Source: Macrostomum lignano
Lineage: Eukaryota
Length of the DNA stretch: 64,000 nt
Assembly: GCA_002269645.1 (NCBI GenBank)
Contig: NIVC01000140.1
Span: 578,879-642,878, forward strand
Reading direction: 5' to 3'
Position numbers and translations under genes: made by a program. Of this stretch, positions 34,319 to 45,869 are shown one piece after another; within the stretch, counting starts at the first letter, position 1, and every line of letters starts with the position of its first letter. Below the pieces are notes generated by a model. The model was not told the origin of the DNA and did not search any database. It worked only from the letters and a program-made list of their open reading frames with translations.

Positions 34319-35230
34319 ATGGCTGAGAAGCTGGGAGAGATCGGCGACGTCCTGAGCGGCATCAGCAAGGCTGTCACGACGATGAAGTCGCTCCGAGACG
34401 ATAGAACCGAGCTGTACAGAGTTATCGAGCAAACGAAGAAGCACGCCGGCGTGGTGGAGCAACTCGACCTGCCCAATGAGCCGCAGCTGAAGGAACTGAA
34501 GCTGCAGCTGGTAGAAGTGCGGAGCTCCGGATCCAAGCTGGAAGTCTGGCTCCAGAGCTTCGGGAAAGAAATCCAAGTGTTCGAGAGATTCGTAACAACA
34601 AAAATCAAGAGCAGCATCCCTCCAGAAGTAGTCAGAGAGTTCTGTGAGATGCTCATCTCTACTCATAGAATGGCGAGCGACTTCTCAGCCGCATTCGATG
34701 ACTTCATCGGCCACTTGCTCAAAGCACAGAAAATCGCCACGCAACTCACTGATAAGCTGAAGCAGAAAGCGGATGAGCAGGAGAAGAAAGCGAACAGCAC
34801 GAGAAACAGGGGAGCGGCAGCGACTACCGGCCTGGCGATCGGAGCGATCGGTCTCGCGGCTCTCGGCTTCTTCACCGGCGGACTCGCCTGGATTGCCGCT
34901 GGCGCCGCTGCTGGTTGTGTGGTTGGGGCCGGTGTGGCGGCCAGGAAAACTGTGGTCGACGTGAAGGCGATGCGTGAGCTGGCCAGAGGCTTCAGAGACG
35001 ACTCAAACCAACTGGAAGTCATCGCCAAGCAGCTGGAGAGCAGCGGAGACAAAGCCGAAACCATCCAGCTGGACAAGAAGGCGATCGAAGCGCTGCAGAC
35101 CGCACTGGAATTCTTTCGCAAAGACCTGGAGAAGGACGACCGCATCGCTCTGCAGCAGGAGCAGCTCGATGAGCAGAGGGCAGAGATCGCCGAGTTGAAG
35201 AACAAGATGAGGATTCAAGGCATCAAATAG
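34319..35230 (+). CDS. Helical protein with Gly/Ala-rich hydrophobic hairpin (ApoL-like / ClyA-Hbl-like candidate), paralog B, 303 aa
   Basis: Alignable end to end with paralog A (e.g. GSKLEVWLQSF/GSHLEVWINSF, MASDFS/MACDFS, AIEALQTALEFF/AIKALRTALQFF). Hydrophobic AAATTGLAIGAIGLAALGFFTGGLAWIAAGAAAGCVVGAGVAA. Confidence 0.82.
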   Translation: MAEKLGEIGDVLSGISKAVTTMKSLRDDRTELYRVIEQTKKHAGVVEQLDLPNEPQLKELKLQLVEVRSSGSKLEVWLQSFGKEIQVFERFVTTKIKSSIPPEVVREFCEMLISTHRMASDFSAAFDDFIGHLLKAQKIATQLTDKLKQKADEQEKKANSTRNRGAAATTGLAIGAIGLAALGFFTGGLAWIAAGAAAGCVVGAGVAARKTVVDVKAMRELARGFRDDSNQLEVIAKQLESSGDKAETIQLDKKAIEALQTALEFFRKDLEKDDRIALQQEQLDEQRAEIAELKNKMRIQGIK

Positions 35231-36169
35231 GTGGAATATTCCTACGTAACATTCTTTTAACTAAACTAACTAACTTTTTACTTAATTACTTGATTTACTC
35301 TACTTACAACTAACACGGGATACTGAAAATTATTGATTCAATTATTTATTGAATTTATTTTCGTCATCTGCCGTATTTTTATTGTTAAAACTATGTATTC
35401 ATCCCTGTCTCAAAAAGCTGTCAATTTACTCTTGTGACTACTTTAAATGGTACATCACTATGTATCCTAGTCAACTCTATCCAATTATATTAAATTCTCT
35501 CTGTGTTCAAATTTTAGATCTCTAAGCGTTTAATAACCTTTAACAATTTAAACTTCTCTCGTACTCGACACAAATCTTGTATAAGTGCCTGGAAGCTGAC
35601 TAAATTATTGATCTGGTCCACCTTTTTATCTAAACTGTGAGTAAAAATGCTCACATGAAGTGGCACTTTCTATTTTGTAGCTTTTTTCTAACTCACTCAA
35701 ATAGTATTGAACAAAACTTGACAAACTACTAAAATATACTATTAAACATAAAAATAGAGAAATATTAAACTTCGAAATCCAATTTTTTAAAATAGGCTCA
35801 TATGGAAAACCCAGAGTTTTTTCCCTGCTTTTTCAACAGGGAACTTCGAGCCGCACATTGTACTTTTAGCTGTGCCTTTATCCAGGAGGTCCGAGACACC
35901 CAGGAGTTGGCATCTAAGACAAATTGGTCATTGTACCAACATAGGGCTGACTGAGACCCTGCGAGCTGTCAGGGGAGGCTAAACTAACACTCCCTCATCA
36001 AGAGCTGCTGGTTGCGTGTTGGTTCAACAACTCTCTGCCTTCCCACGGCCCAGTTGGGAAGAGCAATAGAGGATCGAACCAAGGACCACCAGGCGATTCC
36101 ACAGTGCATTGGCGATCACCCAAGGAGAGCTATAGTTCGCTTATAGTACAACAGTGTGAATATCGGAAG

Positions 36170-36297
36170 TGAGCTGGAGATGTAAGCTGGAGATGTGAGC
36201 TGGAGATGTGATCTGGAGATGTAAGCTGGAGATGTGAGCTGGAGATGTGAGCTGGAGATGTGAGCTGGAGATGTGAGCTGGAGATGTGAGCTGGAGA
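36170..36297. repeat. 13-bp tandem repeat (GAGCTGGAGATGT)
   Basis: Directly visible. Confidence 0.88.
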
Positions 36298-37099
36298 TTA
36301 TTATAAACATATTAGATATTAAACAGTGTACTGTGAAATGCAAGCAAAATGCAATCTCTAACAAGGTACCAGCAAGGGGGGCAAATGGCAATTTAAACCG
36401 ACGGACTCTGTGACATCCGCCAGTTTTCGTTTCGCTTAGGCCTGGCGTGGAAGCGGCCAGCTTCCTCGTTTTGGTCTGCTGCTGAAGGACGAATCCCCCT
36501 GCTGCCTTTATGCAGGGCAGGTGGCTGCTAAGCAGTTGGCTGCTGGCTAAGCGCCAACTACCCATCAACAGCCCATAGTTGCAACTGGTACAACGCGGGT
36601 TCTCGAGAGCCTGTGGGGGAGGGCTCGGGCGTCGGCTGTCAACCGGACCTGGCGCCTGTGTCCCAAGCCCGCAGCCGGCCTCCCGCCCCTGATCTTGCAG
36701 AGTGTGGACCGGGTGCCTGCCGGAGCCTCGCCTGGGAGCAATCCTGGGTTAAGACGGCAACCCAAAGCTTCTCTGCTGTTTACCGTGGCAGAGGGTAGCT
36801 CCACGGAGCTGGCTGGGGGTATATCCAGTCCCCAAGCGGTTACCACCCCTCCCATTTTTCTACATTTCAGTTTTTCTTTTCCAGACTACTCTACATAGAT
36901 AATTCAAAACCTGACGCGGCTCGGGAACCGACATTGCCCGCGGCGGGGGTCCGTCAATCCCCAAACCCTCCAACAGGGAGGTTGACTCTGCCGCGAACCC
37001 CGCGGAAACCCCCGCACCTCGTGTCCAGGTGCGTCTACCTCCACCCCCGCTGCACGGGCATCTCAAAATGACGGCTTTCAGGTCGTCACCCGTCGCAGG

Positions 37100-37229
37100 C
37101 GCGATGAGAAAACCTTGGCTGGCCCTGAGCAAAAAATGGCAGCGGCCAGACGAGCGCACCGATCCCTCGTTGGACCTCAAAAGGCAAATTGAATTGAAGG
37201 CCAAGATGAGGATGCACGGCATCGAATAG
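37100..37229 (+). pseudogene. Probable 3' remnant of a third hydrophobic-hairpin paralog
   Basis: Ends ELKAKMRMHGIE* vs paralog B ELKNKMRIQGIK*, with matching nucleotides (AAGATGAGGAT..A.GGCATC.AATAG); upstream similarity is weak. Confidence 0.5.
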
Positions 37230-38613
37230 ACAATGTTGGCTGGCGCCTACATGCTGTTTTCGAAGGCTATGAAGAACTTTTTGATCTGTTGGATCCGATT
37301 ATTGTTTATCTGTTTGATAAATTTAAAATTTATCAAAACGTTTCAGCTGCCTTTTCGTTTTTCCCATGCGATTTTTAAAAGTCTGGTGATAGAAACGACT
37401 TCATAATTTGATGCTGACAATTATCTCTATGCACATTCTTTCTACTATTTCTCGCACTATACGGTCCTATGTTCTAAATTACTTTATAGGGTTAATTTAA
37501 ACTGTTACACATACATGTAAATTTACATAACTAACTCAGCAACCCTTCATGATTTACACTTGTCTACATACTTTGAGACTAATTATAATTACATGAATAA
37601 AAATTTTCTGACGTAAAAGTTGTTTCCAATTAGTATTAGTATTTAGTATATTGTGATTGGGAGTTTATTTTTCTGTATTCATTACGAGCGTATAATGCTT
37701 TGTATTGATGATTTAGAATGAGCAGCAGGACGCAGAACTCTCACGAGCAAAAAGTAACCCCAGCGTTATAAATTTGATTATTAAGACTGCTCGGCTGAAG
37801 ACGCTTTCGAGTTGGCGATCTCAATTGAGTCGGTCGCAACAAGGAGTCGTACCTCTACCTAGAAACGGCAAATTACATGTGCGTGTATGAGCTGCGCGAG
37901 TTCTCCATCCCACGGAAAATTCACCTGAAATCCATTCAATGCCCTCTATCCACTCCGACTCACAAAAGTCGTGGATTCGGGTCGACGAAAGCAGCTGTTC
38001 ACGTTTCTACAGAGCGAAACCGGCAGACTGTGAGGTCCAAATGGTGTCGCACGTGACATTAGGAATGAGCCGGTCAGGAAAGGAAGAGGTCGAAACCTTG
38101 GAGAAAGTTGCAGCTTTCGGGTCCCTTCAGGCAAAGTACAAGACGTACAGCTGCTAGACCCGAAAGAGATTTTTGTGTAGATAGGACTGTCTTGGAATCC
38201 ACGACACTTTGGTGGGTTGGGCCACGCAGTTGCCAAATGCAGCTTCTAGCACTGCGATGGTTAATCGACAGGCTGCTACTTCGTCATTCAAGACGTACGT
38301 AGATCGTTTGCTGGAGGAGCAGTAGTATGATAGCAGTAGCTAGATATTACTTTGTTTAATATAACTAATCAATGATTTAGTATGTCAAATAAAGGGAATT
38401 TTTCCTGGAGAACAGGGGGGGGGGGCAGTAAGGCCATGCTTTTTGAAACGTTCCTACGCCTATGCTCTGTTTTCTCTCTTTCTCTGTCTAGTGCAATCTT
38501 GATATTCTTATCTCTTCCTCGCCGCCTTCTGATCTGCTCTCCATTCTCGCCTCTCTTTAGTCCACTCCACCCCTCCTTTTTTTCTGGACTCAACCCCCTA
38601 AGTTATAATAATA

Positions 38614-39539
38614 TGTTGTGTTGTGCACTTTTGCGGTGCCTGTGCACCTAGCCCCGGCGGGCTGAGTCACCTGTTGGCCTACGGGTTTTTTGTTATTCCC
38701 CCCCTTTTTGCGTTGCCGCAGCCAGAGGCTTAAGTCGGTTTGAGTTTTGGAATTTGTTCGCTCGCCCTGCGCGGCGATTGGTCGCGGCCAGCTAGTCGCG
38801 TAGTGATTGGCTGGTCCGGCGGCGGGCTTGGGGCTGCCGTCCCCGGGGGGGTTGGCTGGGGGGGGGGTTGGTGAAGTGGTGGGGTGGAGAGCGCGTGGCC
38901 CTCCCCCCTCCGGGGGCGTGTGCTATTTAAAATCGCTCGCGGCGGGTTGGAGCGGTGCGCGTCTCGGCCATTCACCTCTCCGTGAAACCTGCTTTCCGAC
39001 GGCGCTAGACAGCCATAGTTACGATCGTGCTACGATTACTTGAAATAGAAATATATCGATAAAGCCACCTACCCACACCGGCCCTGAGCGACAGCCGCCA
39101 GCTGAGTAAGTGTGCATTCTGCCTTCCTTCTTTCGGTTTCCTAGGGGGGGGTAGAGAGTCCGTGTGTCCAGACGCCGACTCAGCTAGTTGGGAGGGAGAC
39201 GTCGGAAGGATACCTACCGTACGCCTCTACGCCAGCCAGTGCGTCCCGACGCCTCGCTGAAGGCGGCCCGCACCACTGCGTCCCGACGCGTGGGAAGGCT
39301 GCGTGGGTGCGTCCTGACGCCCCAGACTGTCCGGGGAAGTGCTCGCCCTAGCGCCCGTGCGCAGGCTAATCAAGGACCACTTGTACACGATACTGTACCC
39401 TGTAGGACCACCCTACTGCCGGGCTGGGGGCTGCAGGGATACAACAAATAAATATACTAGTTTCGGCCCTGCGCCACTCACTTCGCTCTTATTATTTAAT
39501 TTACTGCAATAAAGACTAGTTATTTTTATTTTCTTAACA
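38614..39539 (+). mobile_element. Possible solo LTR
   Basis: TGTT...TAACA ends, two ATTGG (CCAAT) boxes, TATA-like CTATTTAAAA near 38925, AATAAA near 39508. No TSD found. Confidence 0.3.
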
Positions 39540-39880
39540 GGTGCCGCTTTCTCGCTTGGCAAAAGACGCCGATGCCGACCCAACAGGACGGTTGCGTCGC
39601 GGTGACCCACTTCGCCAACGGAGGCGTCGTGAGCGTCTCGCTTAACAGCGACAGGACGCCCAAAATAAGGCGGCTGGTGTCCCTGTTGAAGACCACGGTA
39701 CTGCTGAACCGACTGTCCATAAGGAGGTTGAGTAGATGGATTCCCCCGATGTGCTGTTAGAGGAGGCAGGATGGTCGGATGATGATGGAGACGGAGACCA
39801 TCGGGGTGCGTCGAGGATGACGTAAATAACGAGCAGGCTGCACCCTTGTCCGACGGAGACTTCCATAGCAGCAGCAGCAG

Positions 39881-40030
39881 TGTGGAGGCAAATGCTCGTC
39901 CACATCATGCTGGACCTCCAGGCCCCGGCCCCGCTGGTCAGATGGTGCTTTGCCTTCCTTTGCGACCGCTCCGCCCGCGTTAATGTTAATGGCGCCTTGA
40001 GCCACCCACTGCCTCTCCGCCAAGGCCCGA
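39881..40030 (+). mobile_element. LINE reverse-transcriptase fragment after an (AGC)n tract
   Basis: VWRQML...LVRWCFAFLCDRSARVNVNGALS..LPLRQG corresponds to RT domains upstream of PQG. Confidence 0.7.
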
Positions 40031-40910
40031 ATCCGATTAACTGGTCTGCCTTGCTAGACAGCGTACTCCAAATATCATGTACTCCAAATGAGCAATAGCT
40101 GCTACCTCCGTTCATGAGTGAATATCTTGGATGAGAATATTATTTAACTGCTACATCCGTTCAAATGAGGAATAGATGCTACCTCCGTTCATGAGTATGT
40201 GACGCCGGTGGACGCCAGGGTTATATAGCAGTATGAACCAAGGACCACTAGAATGATGTAGATTTAACAGGAATTAAAGCCTCGACAACGCATGAGTACA
40301 CACGTAAACGAGCGAGCCTTCAAAAATGTGCAACAATTAAGAGTTTTACCTCCTGATTCAACAAAGTTCTGGTGGTTCTTGGTTCCCACTGTAAGATTGC
40401 AAGTATATACACGTGTATACACAAGTATGTACGCACGTTTTTGGACTGCATGTGGATTTTTAAATTCTCGTGTATCGTCGTCTCAATTATTTTTATACCC
40501 TTTTCAGTCAATGTAGCTAGTAGTTGTTGTACCAACACTGGCAGTTTAGAGTAGGAGTCTATTTATTTAACAAGCACCTCATCACAAAATACTTGTCCGA
40601 AAATGTCTGCAACGCTATTATGGCTGACAGGGCGGCCCAGTGGAAGGTTTATCGGCGCAGGGAGCGCAAAGCTGCTGATGCCGACCTAAAATGAGATCCC
40701 CGTAGAAGACCACGGTGCTGCAGAACCGACTATCCACCTGGAGGTTGAGCAAACGGATTCCCCAATGTGCTGTTAGAGGAGGCAGGATGGTTGGATGATA
40801 ATGGAGACGGAGATCATCGGGGTGACGTCGAGGATGACGTAAATATCGAGCAGGCTGCACCCTTGTCCGACGGAGACTTCCATAGCAGCAGCAGCAGCAG
40901 CAGCAGCAGC

Positions 40911-42303
40911 ACGCCGACTACGCGTGCGGAATCTGGGGTGCCTTTGCGGCGCCGAGCAGCAGGCTTCTCATCGAACGGCAACAGTTCTGCTGCGCCAGGA
41001 TCGTCTCGGGGTGCATTAAGCCCACGAACGTCAGGGCGCTCCTCGCGGCCGCAGACCTGCCGCCCATCGGACACCTGATCCTGGAGAGAGCGGCGACCTT
41101 GCGGGAACGGGCTCTGAGGCTGCCCGGGGAGGTCCCGGTGCACCAGACTGCCGCTAGACCCTGCCCGCCCCGCCTGAAATCCCGTGCTCACGAGGCGTGG
41201 CTACGGGAGCAACACCCGGTGGATGACCGGGTCCTGCTGGAGAGCGACTACCGCAGGCCTTTCCGTGGTTGCTGGAGGCGCGCCGCACTGGAGCTCGGCA
41301 TCAACGCCTTCGAGCCAGCGGGGAAGCGCGCCCCCTTCCCAATGCCCGAGCCGCCATGGCAGTCACCCAGCGAAGTCAGCTTCGACACCAGCCTGCAGGT
41401 CACCTGCGGCCGCAAAGTGCCGGACAGCATCAGACGGGAGAGAGCCATCAACGCCCTGGAATCCAGACCTCAACACGATATCGTCATCTGGACAGACGGC
41501 AGCGCCACGGACGGCTACCGGGACGGCCGTGGCGCGGCCGTCCTGCACACCCTCCTGTGGGGCGAAGTACACACGACAGCCGCTGGCTCCATCTGCAGCA
41601 GCACGACGGCGGAGCTAGCGGCTATAGCTCTAGGCATCCGCCGCTGCCTACAGCTCCAGCAACCACACGGGGGCAGCATCGACATTCTCACGGACAGCTT
41701 GGCGGGCATCCTCACCCTGCAGCGCGGGCCAGCTGACCAACGCGAGCCCATGGGACAGCTGGTGTGGAGCCTGCTCAGTCAAGAAGCCCGCCCGGTCCGC
41801 ATTACCTGGGTGCCGGCCCACGTCGGCGTCGATGGCAACGAAAGAGCCGACAAGGCGGCGAACCGGGCTTCGGACCTGACCAGGACCAGCCCATCGCCTT
41901 CGAAGCCGCCAGGGCTGCCATCAAACGAGCCAGGCGACACCTCGATCTCAAGCTCTCGAATCGTAGCTCGCCCTGGAAGCGCTACGGCGGCCTGACTCGT
42001 GGCGAGACGGTGGCGGTTTGCCAATTGAGGGCCGGCTGCAGCACAGCCTGCGCGGCCACCCGCTACCGTATCGGCCTTACCGAGACTCCGCTCTGTCCGG
42101 ACTGCGGAGACGAAGACACAGAAGAGCACCTCCTGCAGCAGTGTCCACGCGGAGACTCCGCCCGCCTTGCTCACCCTCTCGACCTCAACGACGCGGGCGG
42201 AATCTGCCGGTATCTGAGGATGATGGGGCGGCCTGCAGGTCGCCCCCCCCCAGCCGCCGGACAGCGGCGACGCGGGGGCTGCGTAGAAGAAGAAGAAGAA
42301 GAA
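40911..42303 (+). mobile_element. 5'-truncated RNase H-containing non-LTR retrotransposon (I-group-like) with (GAA)n tail
   Basis: RNase H motifs IWTDGSA, TAELAAI, ILTDSL, WVPAHVGVDGNERAD; C-terminal CPDC..EDTEEHLLQQC knuckle; (GAA)6 tail at 42286-42303; one frameshift. Confidence 0.9.
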
Positions 42304-42317
42304 GCAGCAGCAGTTCC

Positions 42318-44532
42318 TGCTGGAATCCAAGGGCACTCTCAGCAAAGTCCAAGCTGGTTTCCTCGTGCGAAGAGCAGATCGCCCGCATCGCCCAGCTTAT
42401 CTTTGACGGGCTGGAAGAGACTCCTGCGCTTAGAGCGATCCTCTGTTTACTCGACTTCAGCAGAGCCTACGACAAGGTGTGGCGGAAGTCTCTGATCTGC
42501 AAGCTCGAGAAGCTGGGAGTCCCCGCCTGCGTCCTGCGCTGGACCAACAGCTTCCTAAGCGACAGGAGAGCGCGCGTCCGATTCGGCAATAGCCTCAGCA
42601 GAGAGCGCATCTTCCGGGAAGGCCTGCCCCAAGGCTCGGTGATCGCCCCTCTGCTTTGGCTGGTCTACGTTAACGACCTGCCAACTGCCATCGCGGAAGC
42701 ATCGCCGGAAGCCGAGATCAGTCTGTATGCCGACGACTCGGCCATCCTGGCGCGCCATACGGACCTCGAAAGCTGCGGGCACATCGTGCAACCGGCCCTG
42801 CACTCCGTGGCCCGCTGGTGCGACCAGAACAAGTTCGTGCTCAGCACTGGGAAGTGCAGTTACAGCACTTTCACGCTGTGCCCCAACGAGAACCGCGGCA
42901 AGACCAGAGTCGAACTCAGCATCGGCGGCAGCGAGCTTCGTTTCGAGCCCAACCCGGTCTTCCTCGGCGTTAAGTTCGACGACCACCTTGGGTTCGCGGA
43001 GCACGCCAAAGATATCCGTCGCCGCATGGCTGCCAGAAGACGCCCACTGCAGGCCATCGCACACCGGCAAACGGGTGCGACGCACAGCATCCTCCGCACC
43101 GTTTACGTTGCCACCATCCGAGCTGTGGCGGACTACGGCAGCGGCGTATGGCTTGCGGGAGCGGCACCGAGCACCAGGCTCCTAGTCGAGCGCCAGCAGA
43201 ACGCATGCGCGCGCCTGATCACTGGCTGCATATTCACGGCCCGCACTGAAAAACTCCTTAGCATCGCCGAGCTGCCGCCCCTCAGCCACGTTGCCATCGA
43301 ACGCGCGTGCACGCTAAGAGAGCGGATGGCTCGCCTCCCGGACGGATCGCCATCGCAGAGCATCGCGACAGCGGTCACAACCCCGCGCCTCAAAAACCGC
43401 GCCTTCGAAGCCGCCAACCGGCCGAATCAGGCCGAGGGGGTCAATCAGCGCCTCCCGGACAGGGACCTCGACGCTCGACGCCCGTCGTCAATTCCGCGGC
43501 TGCTGGACGCCCCGGGCCCACCGACCCCTCGGTCCCCCACCGTGGGAAGTGGCCGAGGCCGGCCGCGTCCAGTTCGATGTCTCGCTCAGCAAGGTTATCA
43601 GCCGCGACATGCCGGCGGCCATGAAAGCTAACATCGCCAGGCAAATCGTCGGCTCATTGGAGACCTCCGGACACGTCATCTGGACGGACGGATCCGCGGC
43701 TGGCGGTTTCACGAACGGAGGCGGTGCGGCGATCGCCCAGTGGCTACCGGACAACGACGCCCGCCTCGTCGCGGCTGGCGCGCTCTGCAGCAGCTTTACC
43801 ACAGAACTCTGCGCCATCAGGGAGGCCTTAGACATCGCCCGCCACCCGGCACCGCCCACGGGCGCCATAACTATCGCCACGGACAGCCTCAGCGCCATCC
43901 AGGCGCTCAGCGCCATCCAGGCGCTCAGCGCCGGACCCCTGTGCCAGCAAAACTCAGTTGCCGCGGACTGCTGGAGTAAACTCCTCAACCTGATCGCCAT
44001 GAACCGCCCTGTTCACTTCGCTTGGGTGCCATCCCGCTGCGGGGTCGCCGGCAACGAGGCGGCCGACCGCGCCGCCGCCAACGCGGCCGGGCTCGACCAA
44101 CAGGCGGTGCCGATCGAGCTTGACGCGGCAAGGGCAGCCGCTCGTCGCTCTCGCAGAATGCTGGACGCCAGAGTCCTGCCGCCGAGACTGCAGCCGCCGA
44201 CCAGCCTCCCTAGACGTCTCCAGGTCCTGGTCAACCAGCTTCGGTCCGGCGCCAGCACCATCAACTTTAGCACCAGACACCGCCTGGGCTTGGAACAGTC
44301 CCCCGCCTGCCCCGAGTGTGGCGCGGAGGACTCGGCTGAGCATCTGCTCCTCCACTGCCCCCGCGGTGACCATTTCCGGAGAAGAAGCGGCCTGGCCCCG
44401 GGCGACCTGATGGGGTCCCCGGAGGCCATCGTCAGACTACTACGCAGCATGGGGCGGCTCCCCTCGGGATCCACGCCCCCCTCCAGATCGGCCTAGCCGG
44501 AACGGAGGCGCTCCAAAGAAGAAGAAGAAGAA
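42318..44532 (+). mobile_element. Second 5'-truncated RT + RNase H non-LTR retrotransposon with (GAA)n tail and 12-bp TSD
   Basis: RT motifs LDFSRAYDKVW, GLPQGSVIAP, LYADD; RNase H IWTDGSA...GVAGNEAAD; CPEC..EDSAEHLLLHC; TSD AGCAGCAGTTCC at 42306-42317 and 44532-44543. Confidence 0.92.
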
Positions 44533-44663
44533 GCAGCAGTTCCGATTACGAAGCTCATTCAAGACTGCATGATCCAGGAAGTGGGCATACGTACGGGAGC
44601 TTTGTTGTTGCAATGCAGAAATTGTGACCAGGTAAAGTAAATGGTAGCGTCATCCGTGCTGTC

Positions 44664-45832
44664 TATCTATCTATTATTCTATCTACTTCAAACCCACAGA
44701 CTCTCGCCAACTGTTTAACCCAGACTCTCACCAACTGTTTAACCCAGACTCTCACCAACTGTTTACCCAGACTCTTTTAATCCTACGCATACATCCTACG
44801 CATAAAGGCATTGTCCAATCTCAGTTCCTTCGCTATGCTCGCCGCTGTACTTTCAACGTAGACTTCGACCAGGCCAGCAGTGGGTATTCTGTCCGAATTA
44901 TTCAAGACGCAAAAACCTCTGCTCTCACTCAACTAGGTAACTACATGGACTGCAGGTGGGAATTCGGTTTTATTAGATGCAAAAATTCGAGCTGCCACCT
45001 GTATGGACACTAATAAATGCCACTAAAATTGTCTACAGAATCAACCAAAGAGTCTGCTGTGACTCCAGAGACGTGGTCTATGCGATTCTCTGTAAGACTT
45101 GTAATGGTCACTGCGTCTACATTGGGGAGACAGGTGGTGCTCTAAAAGTCAGAATATAAGCCCACCTGAGCGACATCAAGTTGAAAAAAGACGCGCCAGT
45201 GTCGAGACAGTCGATACTTGAGCACTGAGTGCAAAGCCGACAAGAAAGGAGCCCAGCGCCGTAGAAGGAACATGGAACAAAAACTGATCGGCTTGCTTAG
45301 CACCCGATTCCCAAGTGGCCTAAACACGGTTGAAACGACCAATCATGCTTGCATTCCCATAGTGATTCCGCACACTGACCACTCTGCCCGCTTTGTACAC
45401 CGAGTCCGCACGGTGATCTCAGACAATGCTCGTGAGCTGGACACTGTGGCGGCGTACACCAGATCGAGCTCGATTCAAGACATTCTCTGTCCGTCTAAGC
45501 TGTCCACTCTCACCATTGCCACGTCGTAACCATTTTCAGATCAATAACCTGCAACTGCATTGTACACCCTGCTCAATTAGGAGCACAACGTGCGGCCCAG
45601 CACCCGTCGGACTTTTGAACGTATTCAAACTGATCTTTATCTCCCGCATTTATTAATTTTCTCGAATTTTTTCTTTGTAACAATATAAACTAAATCGGAT
45701 TATAAGCTTTGCTTTTCGACCCTGACGAAGGCCAGGCAATAGGCCGAAATATTGTTCACCTTTGATTTTAATCTGTTAATATAATCTTTGGTGTTTGCTG
45801 ACTCTGAGTGAGCGCTTTTTTGTATCTATCTA
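44664..45832 (+). mobile_element. Penelope-like element 3' part (degenerate GIY-YIG endonuclease plus pLTR-like region)
   Basis: VVYAILCKTC..YIGETGGALKVRI...EQKLIGLLSTRFPSGLN; hammerhead motif downstream; flanked by ~37-bp direct repeats (44628-44663, 45833-45870). Confidence 0.8.
45718..45757 (+). ncRNA. Minimal type I hammerhead ribozyme motif
   Basis: GACC-CUGACGA-a-GGCC(aggcaata)GGCC-GAAA-UA-U-U-GUUC: intact core boxes and stem II, loopless palindromic stem III, one mismatch in stem I. Confidence 0.65.
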
Positions 45833-45869
45833 CCAGGTACGTTTAAAATGGTAGCGTCGTCCGTGCTGT

